Below, one piece after another: positions 1 through 7,703 of a stretch of DNA of 14,511 nt. The DNA lies in NCBI GenBank assembly GCA_043822305.1, contig JBDRBU010000110.1, positions 1 to 14,511 on the forward strand. Reading direction: 5' to 3'. Origin of the DNA: Candidatus Firestoneibacteriota bacterium. Lineage in GTDB: Bacteria > Oederibacteriota > D2-FULL-39-29 > JBDRBU01. Each line of letters begins with the position of its first letter. Positions within the stretch are counted from its first letter, which is position 1. A program made the position numbers and the translations under genes. The notes under the pieces are model-generated. The model saw only the letters and a program-made list of their open reading frames with translations, was not told the origin of the DNA and did no database searches.

Positions 1-106
1 AAATGTGAGCGGTTTTCAAAAGCCATTGATAGTCGGAAACTGAAAATATTATAAAATTTCAAAAAAATGGTTGTTTGCTCATTGAAAAATTTATCCTTAA
101 GAATGT

Positions 107-364
107 CTATAAATTGGTCTTGACAAACCCGACCACCTTAGGTAAAAGTAAAAATATAGAATTAATTAAAAATATTATTAAATGTAAACCCCTAGAATTA
201 CGCCCTTTTGCTCGAAGCAATCCGAGAAAAAGCTGTTTTTTAGTTAAAGAAGAAATAATAATTGGGGTATCATCAATCTTGGACTCTTTTATTATTTCTG
301 CTCCGCAAAATACACATATTGTACTATTATTATCTATTTCATTTTTACATTTATTACAATACAT
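107..364 (-). CDS. Small zinc-ribbon (CxxC...CxxC) protein with a hydrophobic C-terminal segment
   Basis: The internal ATG at 364 gives MYCNKCKNEIDNNSTICVFCGAEI, a typical N-terminal zinc-ribbon pattern. It overlaps the epimerase stop by 11 bp. The longer start at 400 is less likely. Confidence 0.65.
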   Translation of the reverse strand: MYCNKCKNEIDNNSTICVFCGAEIIKESKIDDTPIIISSLTKKQLFLGLLRAKGRNSRGLHLIIFLINSIFLLLPKVVGFVKTNL

Positions 365-1304
365 CGTTCCTGATTTTTGTAAGCCATTTAACCTCTTCAA
401 CTAATCCTTCATCAATATCAACTGAAGGTTTATAACCTAATAATCTCTTTGCTTTTGATATATTTGCCCAGGTATGCTTAACATCTCCTTTTTGGGAACC
501 TTTTATATCTAATTTTGGTGTAATATTCATAATACTGCTAATTTTTTTTATAACTTCTCCTAACGATATTCTGTTTCCACCACCCAGATTAAAAACCTCA
601 CCCGTAAAATCGCTTTTGGCTGCAAGTATTGTTCCTTTGACTATATCTGAAATATATGTAAAATCTCTTGTTGATAATGCATCGAAAATCGGAAGTGATT
701 TACCTGACAGGATATTATTTATAAAAATATTAAAGGCCATATCAGGCCGCTGCCATGGTCCATAAACAGAAAAGTAACGCAAACTAACAACCGGAACCCG
801 ATGACTCTTCCAGTATAAATAACATAATCTCTCTGCAGCTAATTTAGTCACACCATATGGAGAAATTGGCTTTGGTAGAACTTCTTCATTTATTGGTAAA
901 ATTTTAGTATCGCCATAGATTGAAGATGACGAAGCAAACACTATCTTCTTTAACTTCTTATTGTTCTTTATCTCTTCTAATAATACCTGAGTGGCTAAAA
1001 TATTATCATTTATATAAATCTTAAATTTATCTCCCCAACTTGCCCTGACACCTGGTTGAGCGGCTAAATGATATATGTAATCCACATCATTAACTATCTT
1101 CTTTAAATTTAATTTTAAAATATCGCCTTCTATAAAAACGAACTTTTTACTCGCTGTTAAATTTTTTAAATTATTCTCTTTTAACTTCCTTGAATAATAA
1201 TTTGTAAATTTATCTATTCCTGTTACTTTATATCCATCTTTTATTAATCTTTCTGTTAAATGCGAACCAATAAATCCGGCAACACCGGTAACCAGACACT
1301 TCAT
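354..1304 (-). CDS. NAD-dependent nucleotide-sugar epimerase/dehydratase (extended SDR, UDP-glucuronate 4-epimerase-like)
   Basis: GVAGFIG Rossmann motif, HLAAQPGVR, ASSSSIYG, catalytic YGVTK (YxxxK), YGPWQRPDMA and RDFTYISD. Confidence 0.92.
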   Translation of the reverse strand: MKCLVTGVAGFIGSHLTERLIKDGYKVTGIDKFTNYYSRKLKENNLKNLTASKKFVFIEGDILKLNLKKIVNDVDYIYHLAAQPGVRASWGDKFKIYINDNILATQVLLEEIKNNKKLKKIVFASSSSIYGDTKILPINEEVLPKPISPYGVTKLAAERLCYLYWKSHRVPVVSLRYFSVYGPWQRPDMAFNIFINNILSGKSLPIFDALSTRDFTYISDIVKGTILAAKSDFTGEVFNLGGGNRISLGEVIKKISSIMNITPKLDIKGSQKGDVKHTWANISKAKRLLGYKPSVDIDEGLVEEVKWLTKIRNDVL

Positions 1305-2317
1305 TTCAAACTCCCACTACCTTGAATTAATTCTTTAAATCTTAAACCTTCTCTTATAAAAAAATACCAGCCGATTAAAGTTGCCATAAAATATCCTATA
1401 AAATTATAAACTATTGAAAAACTTAACGCATCTGCTTGACTTACACCGTAAAACGACAAGGCAATCACAGAAAAAAGTTGAGTTGTCCCTATGCCACCAG
1501 GAGATGGTGGAATCACAGTTCCTAATACAACTAAAATTGTTACAAGATAAGCAGAAGTAAACGATAAATTTAAATTAAAAGAATGTAATCCAATATATGT
1601 TATCAGGGCTATAATAAGCCATTGTATCATAGATACTACAAAAATATAAATAGCATTTCTAAAATCATCAAGAGATCTTAACCCTTGTACGAATAAATTA
1701 ACCCAACTATCTATTTTACCCTTTTCTGTAAACTTTTTTGAGAAAAAACCCATAATCTTTTTGATAATGTTAATGGAAAATGCTGTTTTAATCTTAAAAA
1801 AAATTAAAAATACAAGAAGAAAAACAAAACCTAATACCGTCATATAAAAAAAAACTCGAAAGGCTTTAATGTCTGGTTTAAGTAAAAAACTTCTTTCCGT
1901 CTCAGAAACAAGAAATAAAATAATTAAAGAAAAAAACAAAGCAAGAAAGTCAAATATTCTTTCAACTATAATAGTTCCAAAAGATAAACTTACGCTAATT
2001 TTTTCTCTTTGGCCAATTACAAAAGCACGGGCTATCTCTCCAATCTTAGCCGGGAATACATTATTAACCATGGCGCCTATCATTATTGAAGAAAAAAGAC
2101 TTTTAAATCCTGGTATGGGATTTGGTTTAAAAATAAGTCCCCATCTATATGCCCTGATAATAAAATATACAATAAAAATAAAAATCATTAGTAATACAAA
2201 AATAAATCTTATTTTTTTAAAACCTAAAAGAACATCATTAAAATTAACCTTATAAAAGGCAAAAAATAATGAAGCTATGCTTATTATTACGGCTAATAAT
2301 ATGTTTATTTTTCTCAT
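1301..2317 (-). CDS. Lysylphosphatidylglycerol synthase TM-domain / UPF0104 flippase-like membrane protein
   Basis: Multi-TM protein with the family motifs RAYRW, NNVFPAKIGEIAR, ERIFD and PPSPGGIG. It has 4-bp overlaps with both neighbours. Confidence 0.88.
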   Translation of the reverse strand: MRKINILLAVIISIASLFFAFYKVNFNDVLLGFKKIRFIFVLLMIFIFIVYFIIRAYRWGLIFKPNPIPGFKSLFSSIMIGAMVNNVFPAKIGEIARAFVIGQREKISVSLSFGTIIVERIFDFLALFFSLIILFLVSETERSFLLKPDIKAFRVFFYMTVLGFVFLLVFLIFFKIKTAFSINIIKKIMGFFSKKFTEKGKIDSWVNLFVQGLRSLDDFRNAIYIFVVSMIQWLIIALITYIGLHSFNLNLSFTSAYLVTILVVLGTVIPPSPGGIGTTQLFSVIALSFYGVSQADALSFSIVYNFIGYFMATLIGWYFFIREGLRFKELIQGSGSLK

Positions 2318-3186
2318 AATTTTTTGAGATAACTTTTAAATTTATCCCTTATTTCTTTATCCCGCAAAGCATATTCAACAGATGCTTCAATATATCCTAA
2401 TTTATCTCCTGTATCATATCTAATTCCTTGTAACTTAACAGCATATATGGGATATTTCTTATTTAAAATTCTGAGTGCATCAGTTAATTGAATCTCTCCT
2501 CCTTTTCCTTTGGGTAACTTAGAAATAATATTAAATATCTCTGGCAATAATATATACCGGCCAATCACAGCCAGATTAGAAGGAGCATCTTCAAGAGATG
2601 GTTTTTCTACCAAATCCTCAACTTTATAAATACCTTTTTCAACTTCTTTAGGTTTAATTATTCCATAATTTGAAACTTTATCATTAGGAACTTCTTCTAC
2701 CAGCAATATAGGAGATTTATACTTATTATATGCTTCGATCAACTGACTTATGGCGGGCTTTTCAGAATAAATTAAATCATCAGCCAGAAATACAGCAAAA
2801 GGTTCATAACAAAGATACGATTTAGCACAATAAATAGCATCACCCAGCCCTAACGGTTCTTTCTGCCTAACATAATATATATGAGCTAAATTAGAAATCC
2901 TTTCAACCTTATTTAATAAGTAGTATTGTTTTCTCTCCCTTAAATAATGCTCTAACTCATATGATTTATCAAAATGGTTTTCTATTGATTGTTTCCCCCT
3001 ACCTGTAACCAAGACTATATCTTCAATACCCGAACTTAGAGATTCTTCCACAATATACTGAATTGCTGGTTTATCAAATATAGGAAGCATCTCTTTAGGT
3101 TGAGCTTTTGTTGCAGGTAAAAATCTTGTACCTAAACCCGCACAAGGAATTACTGCCTTTTTAATACTGGGGTCAGCTCTTGACAT
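2314..3186 (-). CDS. galU: UTP--glucose-1-phosphate uridylyltransferase
   Basis: KAVIPCAGLGTRFLPATKAQPKEMLP, RQKEPLGLG, VEKP, GGEIQLTDA and RYDTGDKLGY motifs. Shine-Dalgarno (SD) GAGGTG at 3191-3196. Confidence 0.96.
   Translation of the reverse strand: MSRADPSIKKAVIPCAGLGTRFLPATKAQPKEMLPIFDKPAIQYIVEESLSSGIEDIVLVTGRGKQSIENHFDKSYELEHYLRERKQYYLLNKVERISNLAHIYYVRQKEPLGLGDAIYCAKSYLCYEPFAVFLADDLIYSEKPAISQLIEAYNKYKSPILLVEEVPNDKVSNYGIIKPKEVEKGIYKVEDLVEKPSLEDAPSNLAVIGRYILLPEIFNIISKLPKGKGGEIQLTDALRILNKKYPIYAVKLQGIRYDTGDKLGYIEASVEYALRDKEIRDKFKSYLKKL
3168..3184 (+). repeat. 17-bp element TGGGGTCAGCTCTTGAC, copy 1 (inverted partner at 4405-4421), lying in the galU N-terminus
   Basis: Exact reverse-complement match to 4405-4421. 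Confidence 0.8.
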
Positions 3187-3204
3187 TTAACACCTCTACT
3201 TTAG

Positions 3205-3259
3205 TTAATTCCCCCAATTCCCCCAATTCCCCCTTAATAAAGGGGGTTAGGGGGTTGTT
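3205..3259. repeat. REP-like C5/G5 palindromic element, copy 1 (3x AATTCCCCC + TTAATAAAGGGGGTTAGGGGGTTGTT)
   Basis: The 36 bp at 3224-3259 are identical to 4179-4214. Contains a CCCCCTT-AATA-AAGGGGG hairpin. Confidence 0.85.
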
Positions 3260-3261
3260 GA

Positions 3262-3669
3262 CTATTTACCTTTATCTTTTCTTATTTTGTCTAAAATTCC
3301 GTTTATAAACTTTCCGGACTCATGACTACTATACTCTTTAGCAATCTCTATCGCTTCGTTTATGGTAACAGCAACAGGAATATCTTCTCTATAAAGTAAT
3401 TCATAAACAGCAAGTCTTAAAATATTTTTATCAACATTTGCAATTCTATTAAACTCCCAATTTTGCAATCTTTCTTTTATTAAATCATCAATACTATCTA
3501 AATTTTCTAAGGCTCCTCTCACAAGACTTAAAGCAAAATCTTTTACGCTTTCATTTTCGTTTAACTCTTCAAGAAAAGACTTTACCACATCGTCAAGTAA
3601 AATTCCACCGAAATCAATTTGAAATAGCATCTGCAATGCTAACTCTCTTGCTTTTCTTCTTTCTCCCAT
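3262..3669 (-). CDS. nusB: Transcription antitermination factor NusB
   Basis: MGERRKARELALQMLFQ, RIANVDKNILRLAVYE, VTINEAIEIAK and FINGILD motifs. It follows ribH, as is common. Start moved to the ATG at 3669. Confidence 0.95.
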   Translation of the reverse strand: MGERRKARELALQMLFQIDFGGILLDDVVKSFLEELNENESVKDFALSLVRGALENLDSIDDLIKERLQNWEFNRIANVDKNILRLAVYELLYREDIPVAVTINEAIEIAKEYSSHESGKFINGILDKIRKDKGK

Positions 3670-3679
3670 ATATTTTAAT

Positions 3680-4144
3680 TTATATTTTACTATACAAATT
3701 AGCCATTTCAATAGCCGACAAAGCTGCTTCAGAACCTTTATTACCTGCTTTTGTACCTGCTCTTTCTATTGCTTGTTCAATATTATCTGTTGTTAAAACT
3801 CCAAATATAACCGGAAGACCTGTTTCTAATGAAGTAGAAGCAATCCCCTTGGACACCTCTGAGGCTATGTAATCAAAATGAGGTGTATCACCTCTTATGA
3901 TAGCACCCAAGCAAACAATCGCATTATACTTTTTACTCTTTGCAATCTTATTGGCTACATATGGAATTTCAAAAGAACCAGGAACATAGTACACATCTAT
4001 ATCTTTCTCATCTGCTTCATGCCTCTTTAAGGTATCCATTGCACCCTCTAAGAGTTTTTTGGTTATAAACTCATTAAACCTGCTTAATATTATAGCAAAT
4101 TTTTTACCTTTTGCTATAAAATTTCCTTCATAAATCTTTCCCAT
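3680..4144 (-). CDS. ribH: 6,7-dimethyl-8-ribityllumazine synthase
   Basis: [37 protein letters not shown] and AGNKG motifs. Strong SD AAGGAGGTG. Confidence 0.97.
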   Translation of the reverse strand: MGKIYEGNFIAKGKKFAIILSRFNEFITKKLLEGAMDTLKRHEADEKDIDVYYVPGSFEIPYVANKIAKSKKYNAIVCLGAIIRGDTPHFDYIASEVSKGIASTSLETGLPVIFGVLTTDNIEQAIERAGTKAGNKGSEAALSAIEMANLYSKI

Positions 4145-4168
4145 AAAACACCTCCTTCTTTATCCCTC

Positions 4169-4214
4169 TTAATTCCCTCAATTCCCCCTTAATAAAGGGG
4201 GTTAGGGGGTTGTT
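4169..4214. repeat. REP-like C5/G5 palindromic element, copy 2
   Basis: Direct repeat of the element at 3205-3259, with 36 bp identical. Confidence 0.85.
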
Positions 4215-4258
4215 AGGTTAAGTGGTTGTTTTTAACCTAGCTATTTTGTTCAGATAAA

Positions 4259-4288
4259 ATTATATAACAAATTTCTGTCAAATGTCAA
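4259..4288 (-). promoter_or_regulatory. Sigma70-type internal promoter upstream of ribH-nusB-galU
   Basis: Minus-strand TTGACA (4288-4283), 18-nt spacer, TATAAT (4264-4259). Confidence 0.6.
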
Positions 4289-4395
4289 CTCTGATTGCTT
4301 CGCAATCAAGTATGACCAATATTATAGTCTGTTCGCTTTGGCGAACAACTATTCCTAATATTATTTATTTACATTATGGAAAGTCATATTCTACT

Positions 4396-5622
4396 TTAAG
4401 GAAAGTCAAGAGCTGACCCCATTATATGTCCTAATTTTAATTTCTTGGTTTTTAAATATTTTATATTGAACTTATTTGGTTTTACTGCTATTGACACTCT
4501 TTTAACAATTTTTAAACCATATCCTTCTAAACCAATAATCTTACGGGGATTATTTGTTAGAAGTTTAATATTTTTTATTCCCAGATCCACTAAGATTTGC
4601 GCTCCTATACCGTAATCTCTCAAATCGGGTTTAAATCCCAACTTTTCATTGGCCTCAACAGTATCAGATCCTTTATCTTGAAAAGCATATGCTTTGAGTT
4701 TATTAATTAAACCAATACCCCTTCCTTCCTGTCTCATATAAAGTAAAACACCTGTTCCTTCTTTTGAAATAATCTCCATGGATTTATGAAGTTGCTCACC
4801 ACAATCACACCTTAAACTGCCTATGACATCTCCGGTTAAACATTCAGAATGAACACGAACAAGTACTTCTTTTTTATCCTGTATATCGCCCAGAATAAAT
4901 GCCAAAGGATAATCTTCTTCGACTAAACTTTTATAAACTATCACTTTCCAATGGCCATATTTATTAGGTACATATGTAGTCACTACTTTCTCTATAAGTC
5001 TTTCTGTCTTTCTTCTATATTCTATTAAATCTGCTACGGTTATAATTTTTATATTAAATCTCTTGGAAAATTTAATCAAATCAGGAAGTCTGGCCATCTT
5101 CCCGTCCTCCTTCATTATCTCACAAATAACACCAGATGGGTAAAGACCAGCTAATCTTGCCAAATCTACGGCAGCTTCAGTTTGCCCTGCTCTTTTCAAA
5201 ACACCTCCAACCATTGCCCTTAATGGAAAAATATGACCCGGTCTTACCAAATCTTCTGCCCTGGTTTTTTTATCAAGTATTACTTTAACTGTCCTGGCTC
5301 TATCATATGCAGAAATACCTGTTGTAATTCCATTCCTTGCATCTACAGATACTGTAAAGGCTGTAGTGAATTTTGAAGTATTATCATAAACCATATCTGA
5401 AATATTCAACTCATCAAGTCGTTTTCCAATAACAGGCATGCATATTAAACCCCTACCATATTTTGCCATAAAATTGATTTTTGCAGAAGTAATCTTACTA
5501 GCAGCCATAATTAAATCCCCTTCATTTTCTCTATCTTTATCATCAATAACAACAAGGAACTTGCCTTCTTTTATATCTTTTATGGCTTGTGGTATTGAAT
5601 TACTAAATATATCCTTTTTCAT
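4396..5622 (-). CDS. ribBA: Bifunctional 3,4-dihydroxy-2-butanone-4-phosphate synthase / GTP cyclohydrolase II
   Basis: RibB motifs [21 protein letters not shown] and RPGHIFPL. RibA motifs [26 protein letters not shown] and LLTNNPRK. Confidence 0.97.
   Translation of the reverse strand: MKKDIFSNSIPQAIKDIKEGKFLVVIDDKDRENEGDLIMAASKITSAKINFMAKYGRGLICMPVIGKRLDELNISDMVYDNTSKFTTAFTVSVDARNGITTGISAYDRARTVKVILDKKTRAEDLVRPGHIFPLRAMVGGVLKRAGQTEAAVDLARLAGLYPSGVICEIMKEDGKMARLPDLIKFSKRFNIKIITVADLIEYRRKTERLIEKVVTTYVPNKYGHWKVIVYKSLVEEDYPLAFILGDIQDKKEVLVRVHSECLTGDVIGSLRCDCGEQLHKSMEIISKEGTGVLLYMRQEGRGIGLINKLKAYAFQDKGSDTVEANEKLGFKPDLRDYGIGAQILVDLGIKNIKLLTNNPRKIIGLEGYGLKIVKRVSIAVKPNKFNIKYLKTKKLKLGHIMGSALDFP
4405..4421 (-). 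repeat. 17-bp element TGGGGTCAGCTCTTGAC, copy 2, lying in the ribBA C-terminus
   Basis: Exact reverse complement of 3168-3184. Encodes GSALD near the RibBA stop. Confidence 0.8.
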
Positions 5623-6232
5623 CTAAAAACTCCTTTGTTATCCCTTTTTTCAAACTTAAAATCTTTTCTATATATTTTCCTATTATATCAACCTCTATAT
5701 TTACCTTGTCTCCTGCTCTTCTATCCTGAATATTTGTCTGGATGAATGTATAAGGAATTATATTAACCGTAAAAGAATCCCCACTAATTTCAGATACAGT
5801 TAAACTTACACCATCAACTGTCATAGAACCTTTATTCACTACATATTTACTGAGTTTCTCGCTTATTTTAATAGTAAGAAGTCCACCCTCTTTCACTTTT
5901 TTTACCTTTCTTATGACACCAATACCGTCTACATGTCCCATAACCAGATGTCCATCAAATCTCCCATTTATTAGAACAGGTCCTTCTAAATTAACCTTAT
6001 CGCCAATTTTTAAATTACTTAAATTACTAATTTTTAAAGTTTCTCTTGTCCCTTCTACCATAAAACTTGTTTTATTAAATTCTATCACAGTTAAACAAAC
6101 ACCATTAATAGAAATGCTGCTCCCTATATTTAAATTTTTCAATACTTTATAATTTATCTCTAATAAAATACTATCTTTTTTCTTCGTAATTTTTTTTACA
6201 CTACCTATTTCTTCTATTATGCCTGTGAACAT
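5603..6232 (-). CDS. ribE: Riboflavin synthase (alpha chain)
   Basis: N-terminal [33 protein letters not shown] and VNIEVD motifs. Confidence 0.96.
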   Translation of the reverse strand: MFTGIIEEIGSVKKITKKKDSILLEINYKVLKNLNIGSSISINGVCLTVIEFNKTSFMVEGTRETLKISNLSNLKIGDKVNLEGPVLINGRFDGHLVMGHVDGIGVIRKVKKVKEGGLLTIKISEKLSKYVVNKGSMTVDGVSLTVSEISGDSFTVNIIPYTFIQTNIQDRRAGDKVNIEVDIIGKYIEKILSLKKGITKEFLDEKGYI

Positions 6233-7326
6233 AAATATCCTTCAATTAGAACATCATCTTCTATTTTTTTAATACCAATGTTATTAATAACTAATGTCTC
6301 TCGTATATTTTTTATCCCTAATTGACCAACAACATCTAAACCGTCTCCCCCTATAATCTTAGGTGCTTTAAACCACATAATTTTATCAACTAAACCATCT
6401 TTAATAGCAGAGGTTAAAATAGAACTACCACCTTCGATCATAACAGAACATATACCTAATTCGGGTAATTTCTTTAACAAATCTTTTAAATCTACAAATC
6501 CATTTTTTAATTTAGTAATCAAAATTTTAACACCTTTTTCTTTTAACAATTTCATTTTCTTCTTACTGGCCAGTTGTGTTGTGGCCACTAAAGTTAAAGA
6601 CCCAAATCTTAACAATTTACTGTTTAATGGAATCTTACATTTTTCATCAACTATTATTTTAAAAGGTTCTCTCCCTTTCACTAATCTAACATTTAGTTCT
6701 GGATTATCCCTTATCACAGTATTTACACCAACTAAAACACCATCAACTTCAGACCGCATTTTATGAACTAATTTTCTGCTTAACTCATTAGATATCCACT
6801 TTGAATCGTTCGTACTTGTAGCAATCTTTCCATCAAGACTAATAGCCATTTTTGAAATAACAAAAGGCAATCCAGTCTTTATATATTTTACATAACCTTC
6901 ATTAATTTTTTTTGCCTTTTCTTCTAATACTCCTACTATAACATTTATACCATTTCTTTTTAACTTAGCCATACTCCTTCCAGAAACATTTGGATTAGGA
7001 TCTTTCATGGCTACTACTACTTCTTTTATACCACTATTTATAATTAAATCTACACAAGCTGGAGTCTTTTTACCAGAAAAATAACAGCAAGGCTCAAGGG
7101 TTACATACATAGTTGAACCTTTTACGAGTCTTCCTGCTTGATTAATTGCCTTTGCTTCTGCATGTGCTCCTCCAAAAAACCGGTGATATCCCTGGCCTAT
7201 TATTTTATTATTCTTCACGATAACAGCACCAACAAGAGGATTGGTTGAAGTTGCACCTCTACCTTTTTCCGCTAATTTTAAAGATATATCCATAAAAATA
7301 GGCATAAAAATAGGGACAGACACCAT
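6217..7326 (-). CDS. ribD: Bifunctional diaminohydroxyphosphoribosylaminopyrimidine deaminase / 5-amino-6-(5-phosphoribosylamino)uracil reductase
   Basis: NPLVGAVIV, HAE, TLEPC...TPAC zinc motif, SLDGKIA, SKWI, DNPEL and IEGG. The start is uncertain (ATG at 7326, 7305 or 7293). Confidence 0.96.
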   Translation of the reverse strand: MVSVPIFMPIFMDISLKLAEKGRGATSTNPLVGAVIVKNNKIIGQGYHRFFGGAHAEAKAINQAGRLVKGSTMYVTLEPCCYFSGKKTPACVDLIINSGIKEVVVAMKDPNPNVSGRSMAKLKRNGINVIVGVLEEKAKKINEGYVKYIKTGLPFVISKMAISLDGKIATSTNDSKWISNELSRKLVHKMRSEVDGVLVGVNTVIRDNPELNVRLVKGREPFKIIVDEKCKIPLNSKLLRFGSLTLVATTQLASKKKMKLLKEKGVKILITKLKNGFVDLKDLLKKLPELGICSVMIEGGSSILTSAIKDGLVDKIMWFKAPKIIGGDGLDVVGQLGIKNIRETLVINNIGIKKIEDDVLIEGYLCSQA

Positions 7327-7337
7327 ATTTTTCTACT
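7306..7337 (+). repeat. AAAATAGGGACA...ATTTTTCTACT palindromic element, copy 1 (overlaps the ribD start)
   Basis: Shares both arms with 12173-12201 and is related to 10021-10044. Confidence 0.7.
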
Positions 7338-7344
7338 CTCCTTT

Positions 7345-7377
7345 AAATAAAAAACCTCGCCCTTACGGAGCGAGGTT
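7345..7377 (-). terminator. Intrinsic terminator forming the expression platform of the FMN riboswitch
   Basis: Minus-strand AACCTCGCTC-CGTAA-GGGCGAGGTT followed by TTTTATTT, located between the aptamer and ribD. Confidence 0.85.
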
Positions 7378-7399
7378 AAAATTAAAAAATTAACGATAT

Positions 7400-7612
7400 C
7401 CCCTTCTCCCATCCAGACTTTACCCCATAATTGGGTTTACTGTCGGCTTTGGAATCTCACCAAATCATCCGCTTAACGCGGATTAGTGGGCTTAGGCCAT
7501 GCATCGTATGGTGTATGGCTGTGCCATGTATCGTATGGTACATAGCTGTGCCATGTATCGTATGGTACATGGCTTTACCACCGATCGGGAATCTCACCCT
7601 GCCCCGAAGGTA
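7400..7612 (-). promoter_or_regulatory. FMN riboswitch (RFN element) with two internal insertions
   Basis: The minus strand reads CCTTCGGGGCAGGGTGAGATTCCCGATCGGTGGTAAA...GCCCAC...GATTTGGTGAGATTCCAAAGCCGACAGT...AGTCTGGATGGGAGAAGG, matching the RFN consensus, directly upstream of the rib operon. Confidence 0.95.
7496..7573. repeat. Three tandem 24-bp hairpins (GCCATGTATCGTATGGTACATGGC consensus, 27-bp period) inside the riboswitch
   Basis: Units at 7496-7519, 7523-7546 and 7550-7573 are separated by TGT. Each has an 8-bp stem. Confidence 0.92.
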
Positions 7613-7616
7613 CTTA

Positions 7617-7646
7617 ATTTTACTATACTAATATACAATATGTCAA
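7617..7646 (-). promoter_or_regulatory. Sigma70-type promoter of the riboswitch/rib operon
   Basis: TTGACA (7646-7641), 18-nt spacer, TAAAAT (7622-7617). The predicted start near 7610 coincides with the aptamer 5' end. Confidence 0.7.
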
Positions 7647-7665
7647 GAAAAATAATTTTTCATAT

Positions 7666-7694
7666 TTGACAAAATGTTAATTAATATGTATAAT
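7666..7694 (+). promoter_or_regulatory. Consensus sigma70 promoter of the TolB-like gene
   Basis: Perfect TTGACA (7666-7671), 17-nt spacer, TATAAT (7689-7694). Confidence 0.75.
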
Positions 7695-7703
7695 ATTGTT
7701 ATC

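Noticed and set aside
3205..3259. G-quadruplex
   Set aside because: There are only three G-runs on one strand and two on the other, and hairpin pairing with the C-runs is more likely.
3670..3711. Extended NusB N-terminus from the ORF track
   Set aside because: It overlaps ribH, and the conserved NusB start is at the ATG at 3669.
5170..5195. RibB motif GQTE instead of GHTE as a sign of inactivation
   Set aside because: All other catalytic motifs are intact, and I recall GQTE as a natural variant in RibBA proteins. There is not enough evidence to call loss of function.
7496..7573. Mini CRISPR array
   Set aside because: The linkers are an invariant 3 bp with no unique spacers, there are no cas genes, and the array lies inside the FMN aptamer.
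7431..7631. 66-aa plus-strand ORF with PCIVW repeats
   Set aside because: It is antisense to the riboswitch, and the peptide repeats simply reflect the 27-bp DNA repeat. There is no SD.
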